This document shows positions 7,856 through 17,835 of a stretch of 55,647 nucleotides of DNA, in pieces. The stretch is from Bacteroidota bacterium (GTDB taxonomy: Bacteria; Bacteroidota; Ignavibacteria; UBA10030; UBA6906), in the NCBI GenBank assembly GCA_038247945.1, contig JBBRUI010000002.1:1-55647 (forward strand), read 5' to 3'. Within the stretch, counting starts at the first letter, position 1. Every line of letters begins with the position of its first letter. The notes under the pieces are model-generated. The model did no database searches. It was given only the letters and a program-made list of their open reading frames with translations, and was not told the origin of the DNA. The position numbers and the translations under genes were made by a program.

Positions 7856-9856
7856 ATGGCGAAACGTTGTCTTATTTTTTCCTTGATGTTTGCTATGACA
7901 ATCGAGTTTACATATGCGCAGTCGTTGCTCAGTGCACGCGCCATGTCGCTCGGAGCGTACGGCGGTTTGGTGAAGGATAGCCGGAGCTTCGAAAGCAATC
8001 CCGCAGGCATCATCAACATGCGCGACTGGGAATTCGCGTCCTCGACATATTCCGGTACCCAGAACAGCGGATTCGTTTTTCAAAGTTTGACTCTCGGAAA
8101 ACGTTTTCTCGGCGACGAAGCTGTGGCGGTTGCATATGCCCCCGGTGCGCTGTTGGAGTTTGCACTGCCCGCGGTGGTAATTACCAGCGATTCGGGAGTT
8201 CCGGCAACAATCCAACAAAGAATTTCGTACGAAGAGAATTTTCTTTTTGCATTCGCCCATCGTTTTTCTCCGTCTCTTTCTGTGGGAATAACGGGACGTT
8301 TCCGGCAGGATAAAGTAACAGACACGAAGTACGAATTGGTCGCGCAGGGTTCGGGATACGTTTCAAAAGTTACCCCTCGCACTGAAACTGCAAACAAGAC
8401 CGCCTTCGATCTCGGTGTTTTATGGAAACCATTAGCAAACTTCACCCTCGGTTTCGTTGCGCGGAATCTTGTCGCGGCAGAAGAAAACCTTCCCGCTGAT
8501 TTTCAGATGTATAATATCTCAGCGAAGAGGTCGGCTGAATTGAGCGCTAGCTTTAACATTGCCACACAATGGAGCCTTGCAGCCTCGGGAAGCACGCTCG
8601 GCTTCGGCGCTGTTGGAACAGAGATCTCCGCCGTGAATAATTTGGTAGTGCGGGCAGGTACATATATAAATAAAGATGAAACACCAAAGGTCTACGCGTT
8701 CAGTCTGGGCATTGGGTGGGCATACGAGTTTGTTGAGATCGACGCAGGGTATCTCCGGTTCTTCGGGCGCGGAAAACATTCTGCTAACAATACGGTGAGC
8801 TCCATCGATATCTCAAGAATCCATAATTTGGATCTCAACCCGTACTCGTCCGACCGGATTATGTTGTCCGTGAAAGCAATTTTTGGAAACACGCGGGAAA
8901 GTCTGGCCCGCATACAGAGCGTAGAAATGCTAAGCGGCGTTTATCCATCTTCCTACGAACTCTTTGCCTTTCGTCCTATCGGTAAAGTAAGAGTAAAGAA
9001 TGTTTCGGAGAAACCTATTCAGGCGAAAGCAAGTTTTTTTGTCGACAAGTTTATGGATGCGCCAACCGAATCGCCCGCTGTATATTTAATGCCGGGCGAG
9101 GAAGCGGAGATTCCCTTTAGCGCAGTACTGAACAATCAGGTCAGATCGGTGTCGAGCCTGACAGTCCGGGAAGGCAATGTCTTCGTAAGTGCCAGCCCAA
9201 CGGACGAGCCTGATGATCGCTTTCAAGTAAAAATGCTGATTCATGGACGTAACGATTGGGACGGAGATGTTCATTCGCTCAGGCATTTCGTTACCCCGGA
9301 CGATCCTGAAGTTCTCCGGTACACACGTGACATACTTTTGCGGACGAGAGATTCACTTGCCGGAGTTCCGCGCGAGCTTGAGCAATTAGCGAAAGCCAAG
9401 TTGTTGTTCAACGCGTTCGCAGGAAAGCTGGTTTATGTGGGCGACCCGAAACAAAGCAGTGATTATGTTCAATACCCGACTGAAACCCTCGCAATGCAAA
9501 GCGGGGATTGCGATGACATGGCTGCATGTTTCGTTTCGCTGTTAAGCAGTGTGGGTATCTCAACTGCATTTGTAGACGTCGTTCCGCCCCAACATCCGGA
9601 GCGAAGCCATATCTACCTCATGTTTGATAGCGGAGTTGAACCAAAATTTGCAAACAGAATTTCAGAAAACCCGAAACGGTATGTTGTACGGAGAGATTCA
9701 AAGGGAAAAGAAACGGTCTGGCTCCCCATCGAAACGACAGTGATTACAAAAGGATTCGAGACGGCATGGGCCACCGGTGCGCAACAGTACCTTGAAGATG
9801 TTGAGATCAATCTGGGTATTGTAAAAGGGTGGGTTCGTATCATCGATATCAATTAG
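7856..9856 (+). CDS. Secreted two-part protein: N-terminal outer-membrane beta-barrel-like region and C-terminal transglutaminase-like cysteine-protease-fold domain
   Basis: Signal peptide (FAMTIEFTYAQ). The N-terminal motif ARAMSLGAYGGLVKDSRSFESNPAGI is typical of PorV/FadL-like barrels. The C-terminal Cys-His core is QSGDCDDMAACFVSLLSSVGISTAFVDV...SHIYLMF...VWLPIETT. Confidence 0.5.
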   Translation: MAKRCLIFSLMFAMTIEFTYAQSLLSARAMSLGAYGGLVKDSRSFESNPAGIINMRDWEFASSTYSGTQNSGFVFQSLTLGKRFLGDEAVAVAYAPGALLEFALPAVVITSDSGVPATIQQRISYEENFLFAFAHRFSPSLSVGITGRFRQDKVTDTKYELVAQGSGYVSKVTPRTETANKTAFDLGVLWKPLANFTLGFVARNLVAAEENLPADFQMYNISAKRSAELSASFNIATQWSLAASGSTLGFGAVGTEISAVNNLVVRAGTYINKDETPKVYAFSLGIGWAYEFVEIDAGYLRFFGRGKHSANNTVSSIDISRIHNLDLNPYSSDRIMLSVKAIFGNTRESLARIQSVEMLSGVYPSSYELFAFRPIGKVRVKNVSEKPIQAKASFFVDKFMDAPTESPAVYLMPGEEAEIPFSAVLNNQVRSVSSLTVREGNVFVSASPTDEPDDRFQVKMLIHGRNDWDGDVHSLRHFVTPDDPEVLRYTRDILLRTRDSLAGVPRELEQLAKAKLLFNAFAGKLVYVGDPKQSSDYVQYPTETLAMQSGDCDDMAACFVSLLSSVGISTAFVDVVPPQHPERSHIYLMFDSGVEPKFANRISENPKRYVVRRDSKGKETVWLPIETTVITKGFETAWATGAQQYLEDVEINLGIVKGWVRIIDIN

Positions 9857-9881
9857 AGTGTATGCATCATCAGGAGGAATT

Positions 9882-10586
9882 ATGAAAGGCATCCGGAGTT
9901 TGATTGTTTTCATCTTGTTGTTATTGGCTGCGGGCTTTGCAGTTGGAGGAGAATATATAACTTTGCAAAAAATTCAGGGCGAGGTGAGCGTTCGTCCCGG
10001 TGTTACGGAAACCTGGATCAAGGCCAGGTCCGGCGATCTGTTAAAAGCAGATGCGACTGTAAGAACCGGACAGGTAAGTTCGGCGCTTATTGTTCTTTCC
10101 CCAACGAACAAGAGAATCTCATTGCCGGCTAATGTAATAGTGGATATCTCCGACATTCGCGATTTGACGCAGGAAGAACTGATGCTGAAACTGACGATGG
10201 AAAAGGTACGTGCCTCGTCGTACGAGTGGAAGAATAAGGAAATGAACACTCCCAACACAACCATCAATCATGGCGATCCGAAGGATAAAAAAGAATCTCT
10301 GGCAGAAAGCAATACAGAACTCGGCATCCTTCAGTTGAATGGGACGAGGGTCTTGTACCAAAATGGATTTTATTCGACGAGTGCATTGAAGACATTGGAG
10401 ATACTGCGGCAGTACCCCCCGTTGGCAGCTCAATACAAGAACCGCATTCTGGTGGCAGAAGCATTGGAAAAAGCGAATCTCAAAAGCGAGGCGATGAACG
10501 AATATGTGGTTATCTCCTCTCTGCCTAACATCAGGAAAGAGGAAAAAGAATTTGTGCAATCAAAAATCGCCCAATTGAAAAAGTAA
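9882..10586 (+). CDS. Secreted hypothetical protein with a FecR-like beta-rich N-terminal part and a helical (TPR-like) C-terminal part
   Basis: AGGAGG Shine-Dalgarno 5 nt before the ATG at 9882. Signal peptide MKGIRSLIVFILLLLAAGFAVG. The segment IQGEVSVRPGVTETWIKARSGDLLKADATVRTGQVSSALIVL is FecR-like. Confidence 0.5.
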   Translation: MKGIRSLIVFILLLLAAGFAVGGEYITLQKIQGEVSVRPGVTETWIKARSGDLLKADATVRTGQVSSALIVLSPTNKRISLPANVIVDISDIRDLTQEELMLKLTMEKVRASSYEWKNKEMNTPNTTINHGDPKDKKESLAESNTELGILQLNGTRVLYQNGFYSTSALKTLEILRQYPPLAAQYKNRILVAEALEKANLKSEAMNEYVVISSLPNIRKEEKEFVQSKIAQLKK

Positions 10587-10616
10587 TGATCTTTGAATAA
10601 TCACTCCGGAGGTTGT

Positions 10617-10934
10617 ATGAAGAAAAGTTTCGTTATGATTTTATCTTTTATTTTCATGTACGGGATTGCAGAAGCACAAACCGCAACACCCGGGGTGCGC
10701 GAACGGCAAATCAACCAGCAACAACGGATCAAACAGGGTGTGCGCAGTGGTGAATTAACAAAGGGCGAAGCCCTACGAATGGAAGCGCGTCAGGCGAAAA
10801 TTCAACACGATAAGAAAGTCGCAAAAGCCGACGGCATTGTTACTCCCCAAGAACGCGCAAAATTGAACCGTGAGCAAACTGCCGCCAGCAGAAAGATATA
10901 CCGGCAGAAGCACGACGCTCAAAAAAGAAAATAG
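10617..10934 (+). CDS. Small secreted, highly basic helical protein (105 aa)
   Basis: GGAGG Shine-Dalgarno before the ATG at 10617. Signal peptide MKKSFVMILSFIFMYGIAEA. The remainder is K/R/Q/E-rich. Confidence 0.55.
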   Translation: MKKSFVMILSFIFMYGIAEAQTATPGVRERQINQQQRIKQGVRSGELTKGEALRMEARQAKIQHDKKVAKADGIVTPQERAKLNREQTAASRKIYRQKHDAQKRK

Positions 10935-11131
10935 CACAGAGTGTCGAGGACATCGGCCTTCCTTTTGGCTGATCTGCTGGTTTTATATTTGATTTTCCCC
11001 CATTGATCTTTGATGCCGCCTGATTCTTAGTGACGGCAAACACCCGTCATATTGCCTTTCTAACCCATCTTTATTACTATAATACCAACACCAAAGGTTT
11101 TCCCTGCGGTTTTCCGTACGCCATTAATGCC

Positions 11132-14017
11132 ATGGAGGTTTTTGTGACGAGGATTCTTACCATCTACCCTCTACTGTTTTTCATTTTCTGCTCGGTCTCG
11201 TTTGGCCAAGAACCGGGCGGGGGAATTATCTCCGACCTCGTTTTTTTCGATGATCAGATAAATGCCCCACTGACAGAATTTGCTTACTACTCAATTGGCA
11301 ACTTCGGACCAACCAGTGCGCAGGTAAAAAACGGAACTGCAAGTCTCGGGGCAGATTGGTACAGTTGGGCGGGTCTCATACCGCGCACAGTGAATCGCGA
11401 TACATCTGTATTCTGGGTGCAACCGAACAGTCGTTTGCAGTTTTGGACTCGAGCAACGGTCGCTGATCAACCGATTCGAATTTACATCCAACCGCAGTAT
11501 CGTTCCGTAATGCTCGTCAGGGATTATTTTGTTCCGGGACCAAACGCTGATACATGGTATTTCGTTGATATTCCACTTGATTCGACTTTTCGAAATTTGC
11601 CCATGACGGGATTCGAAATGAATGGGCACGTCGCCACACACACAAGGTATATTGACGATCTGAAAATTACAAATGTCCGTCTCTATGCTGGTCCGGGGTT
11701 GCCTCAATCCGCGCCGATGCCATATATCGCCGCGTCGCAAATTGGGTATGCACCAAACATGAGAAAACAGTTCTCCTCTCCAGTAGACTTTTCATCGTTT
11801 CAAATTGTGCGAATGAGTGATTCCGGTGTCGTGTATGCCGGTGGCGCGTCGGTTAACAGAATTACCAGCGGCATCATTAATGGTACAACCGTCTGGGTGG
11901 GAGATTTCACGGGTTTTACAACTCCAGGCCGATATAAAATAGTCGCGGGCGGGAGAGAAAGTTATCCGTTTAACATTGGAACAGATATCTTTGATCAGCC
12001 CGTGCGTGCAGCGCAACGTATGCTGTATTACCAGCGCCTCTTTACTGCGATAACGATGCCGTATGCAGAAGGACCATGGGTTCATTCATCGACGGCCTGG
12101 CTTGCTCCTCAGGGAATTGAAGGAGGATGGCAGGAAGCCGGCAACTATCCTCTTCATCTTGCTATCGTCGCACAAACACTTCAACATCTCCTCTCGGCAT
12201 GGGAGGACTTTCGTCCGATGAGCGACACAACAAATATTCCGGAGAGCGGAAACGGTACACCGGATATTTTAGACGAAGCCCGATGGGGCCTGCGTTCCGT
12301 TCTTACAATGCAGGATACTTCGGGAGGCTTTTGGACAACCGTCTGTCCCAACAACGGGGTCGATAGTTATCCTTACGGAACGGATCCACCACTTAATGGA
12401 ACAAGACCCGAGGATCTCACACAATACATCAAAATTCTTATCGGCACGCCGGCAACCGCAAAAGCAGTCGCGGTTCTGGCATACGCCTCAGTAGTTTATC
12501 GGGAGTTTGATTTGCCCTTTGCCACTCAATGTTTTCTCGCTGCGCAGCGAGGCTGGATCTGGCTGCAAAATCATCCCGAGATAACTCCGGACAATCTGCC
12601 GTGCATTGCATACGCAACAAATGGAGATCCGAATGCGATGGCGTCACAGCGCATGTGGGCCGCTGCCGCCATGTTGTATGCAACGGGAGATCCGCAATAC
12701 AATACAGCATTCGAAGCGAACTACGTAAACATCGATTGGATTCCAAGCTACAGTCAAACGCAAGCGTTTGCCGCGCGGTTGTATTTGCGATCGCCAGCAG
12801 GACTCGCTTCGCGAAAAGACATTATCCTTTCTCAAATGTCCGCTCAAGCCTCTATTGCTATTAACGGCGGTGCCGGTCATCCATTTGGAGCTGCGATTGC
12901 GTACTACTGGGGGTCGTTGAACAACGCATTACAAAGTTCCGGAAGCTATAGCTGGAAATTTTATCTGGATGATCACTCGCGAACTGCAGACCAGAACCAG
13001 GCGCTGGAAAATCTTCACTACATATTCGGAAGAAATTTACTAAACAAATGTTACGTCTCCGGACTGACGGGTGCAACAAACGGGCGTGTGGAAGGATTCC
13101 ACGTCTGGCTGAAAGCTATTCACGTTACTCCGTTCAGTTATCCGGGAATTTTAGCCGGGGGACCTAGTACCGAGCCGGACCCCAATGATGTGACCTGGGT
13201 GCCGTATTTGTTTGGTTACCGCGGCGACCCGCGCTACCCGCGCGATGCAAGCACTCCGATTGATGGACGGTATACGGACAACGACAGTTGGTCGACGAAC
13301 GAACATACAATTGGATGGAACGCCGTTCTTGTGTACAATTTGTATGCGGCACAAGCTGTTGCAAAGAACCAGTTCATTAGCAGCACAAATCCTTACTCAC
13401 GGGCAAACGTCAAAGTGCTTCTTGGCGGAGCGTTCAATGCAGCCACCGGTTTGATGGCAACGTCGCTCAAGACAACCGGAGTGCTTGCAAGCCACTTTGC
13501 CGCGTCCGCAATCCCAGCAAATGCGGTCGATAGTATCAACATCGAAATCCGAAACTCTGCTGTTGCCGCCACAGCAGGAATCCGGATGTATCAGCCGGCT
13601 TGGCTGCTTTCTGACGGAACGATCCGCAGTTTTGCTGACACGGCGAAGGCATATGTTGAGTTTCCGACTCCTGCGGGAGATTATTACCTGGTGGTTCGTC
13701 ACCGCAACCATCTTCCTATCATGTCTGCCCCCGTGCAGGCGCTTAGTCCAGCGACTCCCGGTGCGTACGATTTTACGTCAAGCCAGAATTCTGCGTTCGG
13801 CGTGAATCCGATGCAACCGGTTGGATCAAAATTCGCCCTTTATTCCGGTGATGCTAATTCTTCAGAGAATATTTCCACGACGGATGCAAATGCCGTTTTA
13901 GGACAACTCAATGTGCCCGGATATCGTCAGAACGACATAAATTTGAGCGGCATTGTTTCTTCGGCTGACGTGAATGTCGTTTTCGGAAATTTGAATAAAG
14001 CATCCCAGGTTCCGTAG
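11132..14017 (+). CDS. Glycoside hydrolase family 9 (endoglucanase-like) with N-terminal Ig-like CelD_N domain and C-terminal dockerin-like repeats
   Basis: CelD_N-like segment (ASQIGYAPNMRKQF...GDFTGFTTPGRYKIVAGGRESYPFNIG). A near match to the GH9 active-site signature (YTDNDSWSTNEHTIGWNA). The tail has two D-x-N...D repeats (GDANSSENISTTDANAVLGQL and NDINLSGIVSSADVNVVFGNL). I place the start at the ATG at 11132, which gives a signal peptide; the ORF-track start at 11030 is less likely. Confidence 0.75.
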   Translation: MEVFVTRILTIYPLLFFIFCSVSFGQEPGGGIISDLVFFDDQINAPLTEFAYYSIGNFGPTSAQVKNGTASLGADWYSWAGLIPRTVNRDTSVFWVQPNSRLQFWTRATVADQPIRIYIQPQYRSVMLVRDYFVPGPNADTWYFVDIPLDSTFRNLPMTGFEMNGHVATHTRYIDDLKITNVRLYAGPGLPQSAPMPYIAASQIGYAPNMRKQFSSPVDFSSFQIVRMSDSGVVYAGGASVNRITSGIINGTTVWVGDFTGFTTPGRYKIVAGGRESYPFNIGTDIFDQPVRAAQRMLYYQRLFTAITMPYAEGPWVHSSTAWLAPQGIEGGWQEAGNYPLHLAIVAQTLQHLLSAWEDFRPMSDTTNIPESGNGTPDILDEARWGLRSVLTMQDTSGGFWTTVCPNNGVDSYPYGTDPPLNGTRPEDLTQYIKILIGTPATAKAVAVLAYASVVYREFDLPFATQCFLAAQRGWIWLQNHPEITPDNLPCIAYATNGDPNAMASQRMWAAAAMLYATGDPQYNTAFEANYVNIDWIPSYSQTQAFAARLYLRSPAGLASRKDIILSQMSAQASIAINGGAGHPFGAAIAYYWGSLNNALQSSGSYSWKFYLDDHSRTADQNQALENLHYIFGRNLLNKCYVSGLTGATNGRVEGFHVWLKAIHVTPFSYPGILAGGPSTEPDPNDVTWVPYLFGYRGDPRYPRDASTPIDGRYTDNDSWSTNEHTIGWNAVLVYNLYAAQAVAKNQFISSTNPYSRANVKVLLGGAFNAATGLMATSLKTTGVLASHFAASAIPANAVDSINIEIRNSAVAATAGIRMYQPAWLLSDGTIRSFADTAKAYVEFPTPAGDYYLVVRHRNHLPIMSAPVQALSPATPGAYDFTSSQNSAFGVNPMQPVGSKFALYSGDANSSENISTTDANAVLGQLNVPGYRQNDINLSGIVSSADVNVVFGNLNKASQVP

Positions 14018-14101
14018 CCGGTTTTGTCATAACCGTCGCTCGTCATGCCGGGGATCGTACTCCCCGGCAGAATTTTTCCTGCTTCTAACTCTCACTCCCT
14101 C

Positions 14102-15787
14102 ATGATATCCATCTCGCGCTTTCACATTATCGCAGCCTCGGTTTTTATTTTTGTAGCTACAGTAATGACATTCGTGAATTCTGTAAATGCTTCGTTCGTC
14201 AACTGGGATGACGATGTGTATGTCACTGAGAATCCTCACGTTCAATCTCTTTCATCAGAAAACATCCGTTGGGTATTCAGCCACTCGTACTATTATTCAT
14301 GGTTACCGCTAACACTGTCTTCCCATTCCCTTGATGTAGCATTGTTTGGATTGAGACCCCAAGGTCATCATTTCACGAATGTTTTTCTCCACGCGGTGAA
14401 TGCCGTCCTTTTCTTCCTTGTGAGTTTAATTCTGATTATCGCCGCAAAACGGGCCGGTCGAAGCGACAGGGGAAATGAACCGTTGTCCTCGTCTATTTTT
14501 GTGGGGAGTGTGATCGCAGCTCTGTTGTTTGCAATGCATCCGCTGCGTGTTGAATCTGTTGCATGGGTTTCCGGCAGAAAGGATTTGTTGTGTGCGATCT
14601 TTCTTCTTCCAAGCTTTGGATTGTATCTCCTCTGGAAGATCGGCGGCCGGAAGCGTTACCTGTTTGTATCGGTGTTGCTGTATGTGCTCGCAATTCTCTC
14701 CAAACCCATGGCAATGCCGTTTCCTCTTATTCTGATTCTGACCGACGTTTGGCTCATTCGCAGACGTGATGAATCCCGGCTTTCGCTGAGCAGTTTGTTT
14801 ATCGACAAACTTCCCTTCATTCTCATTGCGGTAGCAGCGGCCGTTATTACCGTCCGGGCTGCGTCAGGGGGAAGCGGGAACGTCATTGGAGAACTCTCGA
14901 TGATAGAACGATTGCTTCTGCCCGGGTACATGGTGGTTTTTTATGCGGTGAAGCTTCTTGTTCCAACCGATCTTTCTCCGATCTATCCTGAATTGAACCG
15001 AACGATCCTGTATATCTCACCCTTGGTTTTAATCGCCGGGGCATACGGTTGCATTCTTCTGCTGAAAAAGAGATATGGCGTTGTTGTTCTCGCAGTATTG
15101 AGCTACGTACTGATTCTCCTGCCGACATTTCTTGGGCTTTCCTCCGGGTTACAGCCTCTCGCTGACCGCTACACGTATCTTTCCACATTGAGTATTTTCT
15201 TCTTAGGCGGAGGAGCAGTTGAAATTCTCTGGCGGAGATCGTCTCTTTCACGCGGGAAAAAATATCAAAGAGAGATGTTTATTTTCCTGTTGTTGATCGT
15301 CTGCGCAGCAAGTTCGTACAGAACAATCCGCCACATTGCAATCTGGAGAAACTCGGTTTCCTTATGGACCCAGGCTTTGTTGTATGCACCATCGACCCGG
15401 GCAGAGTTTGAAGAGCGCAAGCCCTACATGAAGCCGGATTATGTGGACGCACATGTGAACCTTGGCGTTGCATACCTCGAAGCAAATAATCAGGACAAAG
15501 CACTCGAACAATTTGACAAGGCCTTGCGCCTCGATTCGTGTCGCGCATCTGTACATGATAACCGCGGCATTGTCTTGTATGAGAAGGGGGAAACGGAGCT
15601 TGCGATGGCGAGTTTCCGTCGCGCCATTGCGTGCGATCCGGGTTATGCAAAAGCGTACTACAACCTCGCCATTTTGCAATCAAACGCGGGAAATATTCCC
15701 GCTGCTGTTGAATCAATGCAGAAGTCTGCGCGGCTTGGATATCCGGATGCGCAATCAGCATTGAAATCCCGGGGATATGGCTGGTAA
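14102..15787 (+). CDS. Polytopic membrane protein with C-terminal TPR repeats (TMTC / GT39-like O-glycosyltransferase family)
   Basis: About 10 hydrophobic helices. The N-terminal FVNWDDDVYVTENPHV motif is typical of TMTC/DUF1736-type proteins. C-terminal TPRs are present (AHVNLGVAYLEANNQDKALEQFDKALRLD...). Start ambiguous (14045 or 14102). Confidence 0.65.
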   Translation: MISISRFHIIAASVFIFVATVMTFVNSVNASFVNWDDDVYVTENPHVQSLSSENIRWVFSHSYYYSWLPLTLSSHSLDVALFGLRPQGHHFTNVFLHAVNAVLFFLVSLILIIAAKRAGRSDRGNEPLSSSIFVGSVIAALLFAMHPLRVESVAWVSGRKDLLCAIFLLPSFGLYLLWKIGGRKRYLFVSVLLYVLAILSKPMAMPFPLILILTDVWLIRRRDESRLSLSSLFIDKLPFILIAVAAAVITVRAASGGSGNVIGELSMIERLLLPGYMVVFYAVKLLVPTDLSPIYPELNRTILYISPLVLIAGAYGCILLLKKRYGVVVLAVLSYVLILLPTFLGLSSGLQPLADRYTYLSTLSIFFLGGGAVEILWRRSSLSRGKKYQREMFIFLLLIVCAASSYRTIRHIAIWRNSVSLWTQALLYAPSTRAEFEERKPYMKPDYVDAHVNLGVAYLEANNQDKALEQFDKALRLDSCRASVHDNRGIVLYEKGETELAMASFRRAIACDPGYAKAYYNLAILQSNAGNIPAAVESMQKSARLGYPDAQSALKSRGYGW

Positions 15788-15926
15788 AAGTCTTTAGCAT
15801 CAATGCCATCAATGGTCAGCCGGAAGTATATTAAAGCAAGACATCCCGATCACAGAGCATTCAAGCGACCGATGTATCGAGCACTCAGTGTCGAAGAGCG
15901 ATAGCTTCGATTCATCCATTGTGCCG

Positions 15927-15998
15927 ATGCAAAAAGCGGCGCGATTGGGATTGGCTGAAGCACAAACTGTTCTGCGGCAACGCGAACAATCGCGGTAA
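15927..15998 (+). pseudogene. Relic of a TPR-protein C-terminus (MQKAARLGLAEAQTVLRQREQSR*), paralogous to the end of the upstream gene
   Basis: It aligns with the last residues of the 14102-15787 product (MQKSARLGYPDAQSALKSRGYGW*). The frame is open back only to a stop at 15795, and there is no RBS. Confidence 0.4.
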
Positions 15999-16023
15999 TT
16001 CTCACTTACGATAGGCTACGTTA

Positions 16024-17595
16024 ATGCATTTGATAGTCAGTTGTGGAGTTCTCTTGAGCATCGTCTCCGTTGCGGCTGCTCAGACATCTGTGGATAGGAA
16101 CATTTCGAACACCGCTGGGTTCGATGCTGAGCCATCGCTTGGAATCAATCCATTGAACTCCAACAATATTGTTGCGGCATGGATGTCAACCTTCAATTTG
16201 AAGGTCGGAATAAAGACGCGTCATTCAACAGATGGCGGTGCAACCTGGGGCACGATTCAACAAGTCGGGCACCTTGTCACGTCATATCAATCTGCCGATC
16301 CATCACTGACCTTCAACAAGAACGGCGACGCTTTTCTGTCCTATGTGGACTACAAGACGACGTTCGACTCCGGCGCAGTGTGTATCCGCAAATCTACTAA
16401 CGGCGGTGCGACGTGGGGCGCGCCCATTGTTGTGCGTGATATTCACGAAACATCCAACATGGCAATCGACCGTCCCTGGATCGCCATTGATCGTTCCGCC
16501 ACAGCAACAAGCGGAACAATTTATGTCACGACGAAGCCGGCAAAAGAGAATATCAATCGGGCACATACATACATGAAGCGTTCGACGAATGACGGCGTGA
16601 CATGGAGCGCCGATATTCTTGTCGACGATTCGACATCATTTCCTTCCGTCAACGGTTCGATGGGCGTTGTTGGCGTCGGACCGTCGGGGCGATTATTCGT
16701 TGCGTACACGTCACCGCAAGGAGTAGTCAACCGGCTCATTCTCGCGTCGTCCACAAACGGTGGACAAACATTCCAGCGAACAGTCATACAGAACTCGTTC
16801 AGCAGTCTTGATACGAATTACCAGAACGGATACACACTCGCGGTCAATCCCTCCGTTGATGGAAACATTGTAGTAGCGTCAACGGATGTCCGTTTCGGCG
16901 ATCCCGACATTCTGCTTTCATACTCGACCACCTTCGGAACGCAATGGTCTTCACCGCGCAGGATCAATGACGATGTGCAAAGTAATGGAGTCGGGCAAGA
17001 TATGGTGTGGGCAGATTTTTCTGCGAACGGCACGCTTGGCATTGCATGGCGCGATCGACGATTGAACGGTCCGACGGCAACAGTGCCATTCGATGTGTAC
17101 ACAACGATCTCAACGGACGGCGGAGCGACCACGCGCCCGAACAAAAAAATCAGTTCAGCAAGTTCGACGTTTTCGTCGCTCACCAGCGGCAACGATTTCC
17201 TCGGCATCGCACTCGATAACCAACGACTTCATGTGGCGTGGGGAGATTGGCGGAACTCCAATTGGGAAATCTATTTCAATACAGAGTTATTCTCGACCTA
17301 TACGTTTGTGCAAGAGTCCGGCACTGTCCCAGGCGCATTTGGTCTTGAACAGAATTTCCCGAACCCGTTTAATCCGTCAACAACGATCGTGTTTCGGTTG
17401 CCGATGCAGACCCGAGTACGGTTGATCGTCTCGAATATTTTGGGAAAAGAGGTCGCGGCACTTGTCAATGAAACGCTTCCTGCTGGGATACATTCGGTAC
17501 GGTTCGATGGCATCAATCATCCGAGCGGAGTATATTATTGCACGCTTGCAGCCGACGGCTTTACTCAGGCGAGAATGATGGTACTCATCAGGTAA
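16024..17595 (+). CDS. BNR/Asp-box (sialidase-fold) repeat protein with T9SS C-terminal sorting domain
   Basis: Signal peptide. Asp-boxes STDGGATWG, STNGGATWG, STNDGVTWS, STNGGQTF and STDGGAT. C-terminal sorting domain LEQNFPNPFNPSTTIVFRLP...GVYYCTL...MMVLIR. Confidence 0.8.
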   Translation: MHLIVSCGVLLSIVSVAAAQTSVDRNISNTAGFDAEPSLGINPLNSNNIVAAWMSTFNLKVGIKTRHSTDGGATWGTIQQVGHLVTSYQSADPSLTFNKNGDAFLSYVDYKTTFDSGAVCIRKSTNGGATWGAPIVVRDIHETSNMAIDRPWIAIDRSATATSGTIYVTTKPAKENINRAHTYMKRSTNDGVTWSADILVDDSTSFPSVNGSMGVVGVGPSGRLFVAYTSPQGVVNRLILASSTNGGQTFQRTVIQNSFSSLDTNYQNGYTLAVNPSVDGNIVVASTDVRFGDPDILLSYSTTFGTQWSSPRRINDDVQSNGVGQDMVWADFSANGTLGIAWRDRRLNGPTATVPFDVYTTISTDGGATTRPNKKISSASSTFSSLTSGNDFLGIALDNQRLHVAWGDWRNSNWEIYFNTELFSTYTFVQESGTVPGAFGLEQNFPNPFNPSTTIVFRLPMQTRVRLIVSNILGKEVAALVNETLPAGIHSVRFDGINHPSGVYYCTLAADGFTQARMMVLIR

Positions 17596-17835
17596 CGACG
17601 ATGCGATAGTTCCACGATTACTGCTTCGCGACACACACTTCCGGTTTGAAAAATCATTCTGCATACTTGATTTGGATCGTGTCGTTCGGCGGGACAAACA
17701 GACGGCAGAAAAACATTCCCCGTTTCGCGACAATCATTGCCAACCATCAGCAATTCCGATTGCATAACGAACCGGCTCGCGATGTGCGTAACAGATGTAG
17801 AGTTTGTTTTCGAATCTTGCTCAAGGAGCGATGCG

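Noticed and set aside
15279-15812. 177-aa minus-strand ORF antisense to the TPR tail of the TMTC-like gene
   Set aside because: The sense strand shows clean TPR repeats continuous with the membrane domain. The antisense frame has no features.
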